Origin: an uncultured cyanobacterium
Lineage (GTDB): Bacteria; Cyanobacteriota; Cyanobacteriia; PCC-9006; JAAUQQ01
DNA length: 64,000 bases
Reading direction: 5' to 3'
Assembly: GCA_963718615.1 (NCBI GenBank)
Contig: OY970368.1
Location: 896,001 to 960,000, forward strand
Part shown: one piece after another, positions 22,061 through 30,680 of the stretch
Numbering within the stretch: position 1 is the stretch's first letter
Layout: every line of letters starts with the position of its first letter
The notes under the pieces: model-generated
Database searches by the model: none
Told to the model about the DNA's origin: nothing
The model's input: only the letters and a program-made list of their open reading frames with translations
Program-made: the position numbers and the translations under genes

Positions 22061-22651
22061 CTAGCCGAGGCGAGTCACGAGAGTGTCCAATGCCAAGAAG
22101 TGGTCAAGGTGATAGGCCCGTTCCTCAGTTTTGAGCAGAATTTGTTCGTAGAGGTAACGGCTAGCGCGATCGCCCAAACTTTCAGCCTGTGCCGCCTGAC
22201 GTCGGAGCATTTGGATGATGCTTTGTTCGGCTTTCAAATCGTTTTCAACCATTTGACGGCTCGTAAAGGCACCATCCGGTTCGGGCGTAAAACAGCACAG
22301 TTCTGCTAACTTCGTAAAACTGGTTGCTGGAATTCCACCTAAGCCGTTGAGGCGTTCACCGACACTATGGGTATGGTCTTGGGCGGCTTCATAGGAGTCC
22401 TCAAAGAACTCATGCAGACTGTAAAACTCGGCCCCTTCTACCACAAAGTGATGCTTCTGATATTGCAAGTAAAGGGCCTGGAAACTGGCTAGCGCAATGT
22501 TAAGACCTTCACAAATCGGTTCAGTGGCTGTGCGATCCAATAGCACGACATTATCCGCGACTTCTCCAAATGCTCGTAGTGGGGTTTGTGCAGTAGACAT
22601 AGAGCCAGATATGGAGCCAGACGTAGAGTCAGACATAGGGTCACCTCCCAA
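22061..22651 (-). CDS. dps: Dps family ferritin-like protein
   Basis: [44 protein letters not shown]. Confidence 0.94.
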   Translation of the reverse strand: MGGDPMSDSTSGSISGSMSTAQTPLRAFGEVADNVVLLDRTATEPICEGLNIALASFQALYLQYQKHHFVVEGAEFYSLHEFFEDSYEAAQDHTHSVGERLNGLGGIPATSFTKLAELCCFTPEPDGAFTSRQMVENDLKAEQSIIQMLRRQAAQAESLGDRASRYLYEQILLKTEERAYHLDHFLALDTLVTRLG

Positions 22652-22825
22652 TGAGTTGAAACAATCGTGATGCGATTTAGATCACTGTCATATTAGCAGC
22701 TAAAAATTATGAAATCTGAGCTCGATCAAAACAGAATCTCTTGGTGCCTGAGAATCATTTTTATTAATAGAGATAGCTTAAGCAGTCTATCTCAGGCTGA
22801 TTAACTATCGCTGCACAGATACGTC

Positions 22826-23125
22826 ATGAATTGCCCCCATTGTGCCTCTAGTTCAATCATCAAAAATGGGCGCAGAAAAAATCGACAAAATTATCGATGT
22901 AAATCCTGTGGAAAGCAATTTTTGGAATTTTATAATCCGAGAGGCTATCCCAGCATGGTCAGGCAGATCTGTATTCGTATGCATCAAAATGGCATGACTT
23001 ACCGGGAAATCGAACGCTTAACCGGAGTTAGTCACAATACGGTTATTGGTTGGGTGCGAGAGTTAGATACAGCAGAAGCGATCGCAATTGAGATCAATTT
23101 AGTTGAGAAAGTAGAGGAACCATGA
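22826..23125 (+). CDS. Stand-alone IS1 InsA-like zinc-ribbon/HTH protein
   Basis: CPHC..KNG..QNYRCKSCGKQF and GMTYREIERLTGVSHNTVIGWV; no InsB/DDE frame follows. Confidence 0.75.
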   Translation: MNCPHCASSSIIKNGRRKNRQNYRCKSCGKQFLEFYNPRGYPSMVRQICIRMHQNGMTYREIERLTGVSHNTVIGWVRELDTAEAIAIEINLVEKVEEP

Positions 23126-23329
23126 CCCAAACAATTATCTTTTTTAGCGCTGAATCTATCATGACAAAACTGTGCAGGCCATAATTAGTTCGCAAAAATT
23201 AGGCATATCATTCCCAACACGATTTAGCTTCACTCATGGGAGTTATTTTCAAAAAAAATATCAATATATTTTTCTATCTTTTAATTTTGTGATCTCAAGT
23301 TTGTTTTTCTTGACACTGCAATTCACACA

Positions 23330-23596
23330 TTGATTGACATTAGGAGAAACCCAATGATTGTTGTTCAAGCTGAAGACCGCTGGCAAGTTTATCGCCGTTT
23401 GCAAGAGCTAGAGATTGATTGCAGTTGTCGGGCACATCAGCCGTTGTATGTGCAGGTGAATACGCCCTATCAATTGCTCCAGGTTTGGGCAACCCTGCAA
23501 AGAATAGACGGCACTCGGTCTAGATTAATTGAACGGTTGAGGCTGTGTTGGCTACTACCAACGGCTCTGGAGACTAAGCCGATCGATCCGGGCTAG
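23330..23596 (+). CDS. Asr1405/Asl0597 family protein
   Basis: DRWQVYRRLQELEIDCSC..QVW..LIERLRLCW; start probably ATG 23354. Confidence 0.82.
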   Translation: MIDIRRNPMIVVQAEDRWQVYRRLQELEIDCSCRAHQPLYVQVNTPYQLLQVWATLQRIDGTRSRLIERLRLCWLLPTALETKPIDPG

Positions 23597-23638
23597 GGTT
23601 TTGGCGTTGAAGGGCTGGATGAGCCATGGAGATCGCCG

Positions 23639-24451
23639 TTAAAAGAGTTCTCCTTTAAAAATTGTCACGGCTTGCCCCGCGAGGATGACGCGATCGCCCG
23701 CCACTTCAACCTGAACCACCCCACCCCGAGTAGAGGCCTGATAGGCCAGCATTTGAGATTTGCCGAGGCGATCGCCCCAGTAAGCCGCCAGTCCACAATG
23801 GGCTGAGCCTGTCACTGGATCTTCGTTGATGCCAAACCGAGGAGCAAAAAACCGGGAAACAAAATCATAGGGAGCGTTGCCGCGACTGGTGACGATCACG
23901 GCATGGAACGGCAGAGTTTTGAGCAGCGCAAAATCAGGCTGAAGCTGCTGGACGATCTCGGGGGTTGCCACCTCAACAAAACAATAGCCAAGGCTGTCTT
24001 GGGAAAGCGCTGTCTTTTGGGGATCGAGGTCGAGGTGAAGCGATCGCCCCAGATCCAGCGGCAGCTCCGTTAGGCGTTGGGGAAGCTGGATCGGAAAGTT
24101 AAGTGCAATCCAGTCCCCTGGCAGGACATTGGACTGAAGCTGGGCGGTGAGCAGACCACTCCGCGTTTGAAAACGTGCGGCTTGATGCGGTGGCAGAAGT
24201 CCTTCGCTCCAAAGGGCATGGGCACTGGCTAAGGTTGCATGACCACAGAGATCCACTTCAACCGCAGGCGTGAACCAGCGGAGCCGATAGCCATCCCCTT
24301 CTGGTAACAAAAACGCTGTTTCCGACAAATTCATTTCCTGGGCCAGTTGCTGCATCCAGGTATCGGACTTGGGACTTTCTAGGAGACAAACTGCTGCTGG
24401 ATTGCCGCTAAATGCTTGATTGGTAAACGCATCAATTTGAAGAATTTTCAT
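23639..24451 (-). CDS. PhzF family isomerase/epimerase
   Basis: QIDAFT..GNPAAV, MNLSETAF, EVDLCGHATLA, EDPVTGSAHC. Confidence 0.93.
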   Translation of the reverse strand: MKILQIDAFTNQAFSGNPAAVCLLESPKSDTWMQQLAQEMNLSETAFLLPEGDGYRLRWFTPAVEVDLCGHATLASAHALWSEGLLPPHQAARFQTRSGLLTAQLQSNVLPGDWIALNFPIQLPQRLTELPLDLGRSLHLDLDPQKTALSQDSLGYCFVEVATPEIVQQLQPDFALLKTLPFHAVIVTSRGNAPYDFVSRFFAPRFGINEDPVTGSAHCGLAAYWGDRLGKSQMLAYQASTRGGVVQVEVAGDRVILAGQAVTIFKGELF

Positions 24452-24464
24452 GAGGTTTGATTCG

Positions 24465-25061
24465 TCAAGGAAAAGGGACGTTTTCCACTTGGAAAATGCT
24501 CATCCCCATAATGTGAGCATCAACCTTGGGATTATTTGTATTGATCGTGACATGCAGAGGTTCGTTTTCAATCGCCACTCCATAGCCTCCATAACGCTGC
24601 CATCTGCCCAAGGCCAACTTACCCACATCCGTCGCAACGCACTCGTTGCCAATGCTGATTTCTAAGGCGTGCCAATAGGTTTTGTAGTTTTCTAAAATCC
24701 ACAAATAGATTTCATAGTTGCCATTGGGCAGATCCTGGGTGATTTCCAGGGTCTGCGGCTTATAGATGACAGAATTGAGCATGATTGCAATTTCAGGCTC
24801 TGCTTTTGGTTTGATTTTGACCTGAGTGGTCGCAGACTGAATACCGGAGACAGACAATCCCTCCGCCAAGGCTTCTTCAAAGCTCAGCCAAGACTCACCT
24901 TGAATCGTGAGGCGATCGCCCCCAAAATTAATCCCCTTGACAAACTTGCCTGAAGTAACGGTGAAAAGTGATTCGGCGAAACGTGATTCGATAGAACGCG
25001 ATTCAGTAGAACCAAACAAACTTTTTACGCGATCGGTTAAACGAGAAAACATAGTATTCAT
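24465..25061 (-). CDS. Hypothetical protein with a possible carbohydrate-binding beta-sandwich (malectin-like) domain
   Basis: FVKGINFGG..LPNGNYEIYLWILEN..WQRYG pattern; fold assignment tentative. Confidence 0.55.
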   Translation of the reverse strand: MNTMFSRLTDRVKSLFGSTESRSIESRFAESLFTVTSGKFVKGINFGGDRLTIQGESWLSFEEALAEGLSVSGIQSATTQVKIKPKAEPEIAIMLNSVIYKPQTLEITQDLPNGNYEIYLWILENYKTYWHALEISIGNECVATDVGKLALGRWQRYGGYGVAIENEPLHVTINTNNPKVDAHIMGMSIFQVENVPFP

Positions 25062-25115
25062 TAATACTCAAGGTCTTCTACAGTATCTAGCAAATCGTCC
25101 TAGTCTCGCTCAGCC

Positions 25116-25595
25116 TCACCAAATCCTCAACATCTGATTTCCTCCTTTCTGTAGCTCATAGGATACGGTTACGACTTCAGCCTTGAGGCCTTGGGCCTTT
25201 GCCCAAGTTTGCACAGGGACTAGATCTGGCGAGCGCTTCAAGGCCAGTGTCATCAGCGGAAAGATGCGAACTTCCGTGGCAACTCGACAGAGTTCAGCGA
25301 TCGCCTCCAAATGAAACGCCGGTGGCAACAGATCCGAGTACAAAAACAAAAATGCGAACACAAAGCCAAGTCAAATGAGCCATTTGCAAATGGTAAATGG
25401 GGGAGCTCTGCTTGAAGATATCGGCCCGCTTTTAGCCCTAATTCGTAATCCACTAAAAACGTATTCAGCGCCTGGATACGATTGTGCCTGAGCTCACTCC
25501 GGTTGCGATGAAAAGACCACACCCAGTCTTGAGGCTTTGCTGATTTCTTAGAGCGATCGCCCAAACGGAACGACTCGTTCTAAAACCATACTCAT
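25116..25595 (-). pseudogene. Class I SAM-dependent methyltransferase pseudogene
   Basis: N-terminus MSMVLERVVPFGRSL ends in TAA, then jumps to ..QDWVWSFH..LPFANGSFDLALCSHF; 1-nt frameshift in a T run, then LFLYSD..ELCRVATEVRIFPL..YELQKGGNQMLRI. Confidence 0.8.
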
Positions 25596-25622
25596 GGCTT
25601 TAAATCCTAAATTAACGCAATC

Positions 25623-25982
25623 CTAGGGTTGATTGTAGCGAGATTCTAGCCAAATCCGGGTCGCTTGAGCCGTATCGAATTTGTGGGTTTGATGACGCAT
25701 CGAATCGATCACTTCGTAATAGGAACGACCTTGGCGATCGCGTTTCCAAGTCACTTTAGGTTCACTGCCGATGCCTGACTCCCCCGCTAGCCAGTTGACC
25801 AGGGTTTTAAGAAATTGGGTCAGTCGAGTTTTTGGAGCTTCTGCGGTAGAGGGCGATCGCCCCAGCGAGTGCGCTCGATAAAATCGACTTTCGGCAATTG
25901 CATCAAGGCTTGAAAATTTGTACCCCTGCACGGATTCAATTGCAGCGTTTTGTCTATCCTGCGATTCCTGAGAAATTTTCAT
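25623..25982 (-). CDS. Small conserved cyanobacterial protein divergent from the MocR regulator
   Basis: EPKVTWKRDRQGRSYYEVID..RIWLESRYN motif. Confidence 0.7.
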   Translation of the reverse strand: MKISQESQDRQNAAIESVQGYKFSSLDAIAESRFYRAHSLGRSPSTAEAPKTRLTQFLKTLVNWLAGESGIGSEPKVTWKRDRQGRSYYEVIDSMRHQTHKFDTAQATRIWLESRYNQP

Positions 25983-26179
25983 TCCATTTCATCCTGGGGA
26001 TGTTTCACCCCATCCTTAATCGTGGTCTCACGATTGCTATCTCATGCTCCCATTGTCTTCTCCTTCCTCCAAAGCGAACAGATTCAGTTACCCTAAATTG
26101 TAACGGGTACAGTTTTAGGAAACAAAACTGTTATGCCCGATTTTCGCCAAACCTGTACCCCTTAAAGCGAGGCACTATC

Positions 26180-27628
26180 ATGCAAACATTGGCTCACCAT
26201 CTTTCGCCAGAACTCAGCGATCGCAGTCTCTACGAACAGGTGGCCGATCGCATGGAGTCGTTAATCGCGGAAGGAACCTTGCAACCGGGCGATCGCATGC
26301 CTTCGGTGCGCAAGCTCCACAAACAGCTCTCAGTCAGCATTTCCACAGTCCTAGAAGCCTATCGCTTATTAGAAGATCGAGGACTGATCCTGGCCCGACC
26401 TCAGTCCGGCTATTACGTGCGTCAATCCGCTTTGGAAGTCCCCGCAGAGCCCATGCTCTCCATGCCCCCGGAGGATGTGCGGCGGGTGGACAATTCCCTC
26501 GCGTTTCGGCTGATGCGAGCCATTCGTGACCCCGATACAATTCAGCTCGGTGCGGCGGTTCCGGCCATGGAGTTGCTGCCGCTGAATGCGCTCAATCGCT
26601 TGATGAGCCAAGTGATTCGCCAGGATCCAGTCCTCGCCCATTCCTACGATATTCCCCCCGGCTGCGAACCCCTGCGCCATGAAATTGCTCGACGGTTGCT
26701 GGATGCAGGCTGTTCGGTTTCTCCGGATCAAGTTGTTACCACCAATGGGACCTTTGAGGGCGTGTATTTGGCGCTGCAAGCCATTACCAAACCAGGAGAC
26801 ACGATCGCCATCGAATCCCCCGCCTATTACGGCATGCTAGAAGCACTGGAAGTCCTACATCTCAACGCCCTAGAACTTCCCACCCATCCCCGCGACGGCA
26901 TTTCCCTAGAACATCTGGAAACGGCTCTGCACCGCAAACAGGTCCAAGCCTGCGCCCTCGTCTCCAATTTCAGCAATCCCCTCGGCGGTTGCATGGATGA
27001 TGCCAAGAAAAAAGCCCTAGCGGAATTGTTGGCCCAGTACGATACGCCGCTGATCGAAGACGACATCTACGGCGATTTGCATTTTGGTCCCGATCGCCCC
27101 AAGGCCATCAAAGCCTTCGATCGCCACGACCTGATCATCTATTGCAGTTCCTACAGCAAAACCCTCTCCCCAGGACTGCGGGTGGGCTGGACCGTGGCGG
27201 GGCGATATCAGGCGCGGATTGAGCAGATGAAGTGGGTGATGAACCAAACAACGGCCATTATTCCCCAACTGACGCTGGCGGCTTTTCTCAGCAATGGCGG
27301 CTACGATCGCCACCTGCGACACCTGCGCCGCGCCTACCAGGACCAAATGGCCAAAATGCGTCAGGCGATTTGCAATTATTTCCCCGAGGAAACCAAGGTC
27401 ACCCGTCCCAACGGCGGTCATGTGCTTTGGGTCGAGCTACCGCCCCCAGCGGATGCGGTGGTCCTCTACGAAAAGGCCCTAGAACATCGAATTAGCATCG
27501 CACCGGGAATCATTTTTTCTCCGTCCCAAAGTTACCGCAACTGCTTCCGGCTCAATTGCAGCAAGCCCTGGTCCGCAGAAATCGAACAGGCGATGGTAAC
27601 ACTGGGACAGTTGACCACTCAGTTTTAG
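26180..27628 (+). CDS. MocR/GabR family GntR regulator with PLP-dependent aminotransferase domain
   Basis: LYEQVA..PGDRMPSVRKL..STVLEAYRLLE wHTH; IEDDIYGDL and SYSKTLSPGLRVGW; ATG 26180 with GAGG RBS. Confidence 0.94.
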   Translation: MQTLAHHLSPELSDRSLYEQVADRMESLIAEGTLQPGDRMPSVRKLHKQLSVSISTVLEAYRLLEDRGLILARPQSGYYVRQSALEVPAEPMLSMPPEDVRRVDNSLAFRLMRAIRDPDTIQLGAAVPAMELLPLNALNRLMSQVIRQDPVLAHSYDIPPGCEPLRHEIARRLLDAGCSVSPDQVVTTNGTFEGVYLALQAITKPGDTIAIESPAYYGMLEALEVLHLNALELPTHPRDGISLEHLETALHRKQVQACALVSNFSNPLGGCMDDAKKKALAELLAQYDTPLIEDDIYGDLHFGPDRPKAIKAFDRHDLIIYCSSYSKTLSPGLRVGWTVAGRYQARIEQMKWVMNQTTAIIPQLTLAAFLSNGGYDRHLRHLRRAYQDQMAKMRQAICNYFPEETKVTRPNGGHVLWVELPPPADAVVLYEKALEHRISIAPGIIFSPSQSYRNCFRLNCSKPWSAEIEQAMVTLGQLTTQF

Positions 27629-27680
27629 AGCGGTTTTAGAACCGCTTTAGAACCTTCCAATCCACCCAGTTCCTTCAGCC

Positions 27681-28208
27681 CTAAGATGGCAAAACTCGAT
27701 TGACCAGGGTGCTGAGCGATCGCTTGATCTTCCGATTACGCTGCCACACCTCAAACCTCCGCCGATATTCCTCCGTCCCCAGCCAGTAGGTTTTGCGAGC
27801 CTTCATGGCCAAGCCAAATCCCCAAAAGACCAACACATACAGCGACCAAGTTAGGCCACTGCTGGTCAGCAAGTTGAATAGGACTAAAAAGCCATTGATC
27901 ATCAAAAACTTCAGCGCCTGCTGTTGAAAGGCTTGGTGGCGATCGCGGTCAAAAGCCTGTCGATGCAGCAATTCCCCTTGATTCAAACGCCAATCCTGTT
28001 CAGCCACTTCAATTTCGCTAGGGCTGATTCCCAATTCGGCGGCAATTTCTAGAAGTTGCGATCGCGTCACATCTTCCTGTTCAGTTTGGCGCGCAATGGC
28101 CAAATGCAAAATTTGCTGAACTTCGTCCTGACTGTAGGAGCTTAGGTCAGAAAAGTTCGAGCCAGAAAAGTTTGAGCTAGGAGATTCAGCCATAGGATGC
28201 CGCGCCAA
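27681..28208 (-). CDS. 2TM domain-containing protein
   Basis: YSQDEVQQILHLAIARQ..LLEIAAELGIS and two C-terminal TM helices. Confidence 0.8.
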   Translation of the reverse strand: MARHPMAESPSSNFSGSNFSDLSSYSQDEVQQILHLAIARQTEQEDVTRSQLLEIAAELGISPSEIEVAEQDWRLNQGELLHRQAFDRDRHQAFQQQALKFLMINGFLVLFNLLTSSGLTWSLYVLVFWGFGLAMKARKTYWLGTEEYRRRFEVWQRNRKIKRSLSTLVNRVLPS

Positions 28209-28440
28209 TCAATCCGTCTCTAGCCTCCCACATTTGCCAGAGACAACCTAGGGGGGATTTCTCAACTTCAGAGGACGGCTTACCCCCTCAGGAATCTATC
28301 CCAACCGTTTCAAATCTCAATAAATTTACATAGACCAGAAAAAGCCGTCACAATAGGCTTTCTGGCGCTTGTGTGATTCCAATCACGGGAGATCGTCGTT
28401 GATACTACTTTCTTTTTTGGGGAAGTCAGTGCATATTATA

Positions 28441-28524
28441 GATGGCTCAACTTTAGCCGAGTCATCAACAGGGAACACACAGTTGGCCGACGGAGATCTT
28501 TTGAGATCATCGTCGGTTTTTTTT
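28441..28524 (+). ncRNA. Candidate small RNA (5' hairpin, single-stranded linker, intrinsic terminator)
   Basis: GATGGCTC/GAGTCATC hairpin, AACAGGGAACACACAG linker, GCCGACG..CGTCGGT stem plus T8; both flanking genes are on the minus strand. Confidence 0.5.
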
Positions 28525-28570
28525 CGTTAACGGAATTTTCTCCGTGGGTCCCAAAATCAAGCAATTTCAG

Positions 28571-29182
28571 CTATCGTAAGACCCCCAAGGTATTACGCCA
28601 AGTGAGCTCTTTGCAGAGCATTTCCAGCGCCCGCTGATCCTGCGGCTCAAACAGTTGGAATTGAATCAGTTCCTGGAGCACCTGCTCAGTGAGATGGGCC
28701 GCAAAGCTGCCTCCGTAGCGCAGCAGCAGGCTGTAATAGCGAAACTGAGGCCGCTCCTGGGCATCTAAATGAAACCGATAGATTTCCTCAGTATCCATAC
28801 AGCAGACCGACGCATTGACCGGAACCACTTCTCGGGGAATGCCTTGGTTGCCGTAGCGCCGGCTGTCCGTTTCTAGGGTGCCGATCAAAACAATCCCCAG
28901 GAGCGTCCGCGTTTCATGAATTAAATCCGGGGCAAACACCGGGTCGGGTTCGCTCGATAAACGCGGTCCATTGTTGAGAAATGTTGGATTAACCAACTGG
29001 GAATTGTAGATAATTCCCACAATCGGGGGGCGATCGCCATTGGCCAGCTTGACAAAACTCCCGAACCCATAATCCCCCGGCTGGGGTGGGCAGCTCGTGC
29101 TCATGATGTCGTCGAGCTGAACCACGTAATCGCAGTGGGAGTTGGATTTGACGACTTTGCCCAAGATTTGACCCGCCTGCAT
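28571..29182 (-). CDS. HAS-barrel domain-containing protein
   Basis: GKVVKSNSHCDYVVQL..YGFGSFVKL..VGIIYNSQL..GPRLS. Confidence 0.7.
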   Translation of the reverse strand: MQAGQILGKVVKSNSHCDYVVQLDDIMSTSCPPQPGDYGFGSFVKLANGDRPPIVGIIYNSQLVNPTFLNNGPRLSSEPDPVFAPDLIHETRTLLGIVLIGTLETDSRRYGNQGIPREVVPVNASVCCMDTEEIYRFHLDAQERPQFRYYSLLLRYGGSFAAHLTEQVLQELIQFQLFEPQDQRALEMLCKELTWRNTLGVLR

Positions 29183-29284
29183 GGCGATCGCGCTCCTGAA
29201 TTTAATACGGATTCAATTGGGGTATATTCAATCGGGGTATATCAGTGCAAAAATACTATGCAAAACACCATGATGGGCATCGTA

Positions 29285-30349
29285 CTACAGCAGCCGCGCA
29301 TAATCCGGATTTTCGCCGATTTGTTTTAGCAACTGCTTGATTTCCTGGGTCCGTTCTTTTTTGACGATCAGCGTAGCTTTCCCAGCCCGGACCACCACCA
29401 CATCTTCAAGACCAATCGTGGCGATCAGCTCTTCAGAATCCTGGGTGTAGAAAATACAGCCTGCGCTTTCGTGGCCAATGTGACGGCCCAGGACGATGTT
29501 GGGCTCCTCTTCCTGTTTGAGCAATCGCTCGATCGCATTCCAGTCTCCCAGATCATCCCAGGCAAACTGAACGGGTAGAACACAGGCGCGATCGGTCTTT
29601 TCCATCAGGGCATAATCAATGCTCAGCTTGGTCAACGTCGAATAGGCCTCGACACCTTTTTCTTCCAAGGGAATCAGAATTTCGGGGGCATGGCGACGGA
29701 GTTCGGCGATCGCCGTTTTTAGCTGAAAAATAAACATGCCCCCATTCCAGCTAAACCGACCGCTATCGAGGAACCCACGGGCCGTTTCCGGGTCTGGCTT
29801 TTCGGTGAAGCGGCTGACCCGATAGGCAGGCAGGTCTTGGAAAATCCCGACTTTTTCGCCCTGTTCAATATAGCCATACCCTGTGGATGCATAGGTGGGC
29901 TGGATCCCGAGGGTGGCGATCGCCCCTTGTTCTTGGCTGAGGATGGCCGCCGCCGTCAGAATTTGCTCAAACGCCGCCTGGTCTTCGATCCAGTGGTCTG
30001 CGGGGAAAAAGCCCACCACCGCCTCTTCGCCGTAGCGCTGAGCTGCCTCTAACGTTGCCCAAGTGACCGCTGGAGCCGTATCTCGCCCCTCGGGTTCCAC
30101 CAGCAAATTCGCCTCCGGTAGCTCCGGTAACTGCTTGCGAACGCCATCCGCCAAATGGGCCGCCGTAACCACCCAAAGGTCATCCCAGCCCCCCGCAACC
30201 GTCAGCAACCGCTGAGCCGTCGCCTGCAATAAACTGAGCCCGCTCCCATCCAAACTCAAAAACTGTTTGGGATAGGACTGGCGACTCAGGGGCCAAAAAC
30301 GCTCCCCCTTACCGCCCGCGAGGATCATCGGAATCAACGTGCGAGCCAT
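29285..30349 (-). CDS. manC: Mannose-1-phosphate guanylyltransferase
   Basis: ILAGGKGERFWPLSR..PKQF, EPEGRDTAPA, TGYGYI, FTEKPD, SIDYALMEK, WDDLGDW. Confidence 0.94.
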   Translation of the reverse strand: MARTLIPMILAGGKGERFWPLSRQSYPKQFLSLDGSGLSLLQATAQRLLTVAGGWDDLWVVTAAHLADGVRKQLPELPEANLLVEPEGRDTAPAVTWATLEAAQRYGEEAVVGFFPADHWIEDQAAFEQILTAAAILSQEQGAIATLGIQPTYASTGYGYIEQGEKVGIFQDLPAYRVSRFTEKPDPETARGFLDSGRFSWNGGMFIFQLKTAIAELRRHAPEILIPLEEKGVEAYSTLTKLSIDYALMEKTDRACVLPVQFAWDDLGDWNAIERLLKQEEEPNIVLGRHIGHESAGCIFYTQDSEELIATIGLEDVVVVRAGKATLIVKKERTQEIKQLLKQIGENPDYARLL

Positions 30350-30680
30350 AGCCTCAATACCTTTTTAAGAAACCTTTTGTCAGCCAGTGCAGTCAAAAAT
30401 TTTAGAAGTCCGCTCAACCGCATTGACTCAACGCAGTTGAAGGAATTTGCCCTGACCCATGGCACCAGTGGGTCTGATACAGCCCAATCCCAGGGGTTTC
30501 TACCCTACGCAAGTTTACCCAGATTTGCAGCTTTTGAACCTTTGCGCCTTAAGAATTGGCGCTATAATTGCGACGTTGAAGTTTACGAAACATTACAAGT
30601 CAAAACTTCAATTCACCTATGGGTGGTGTGAAAAACCGTTTGCCTAGCGAGGTTTTCTGGCTCAAGGTCTTTGTTGGCCT

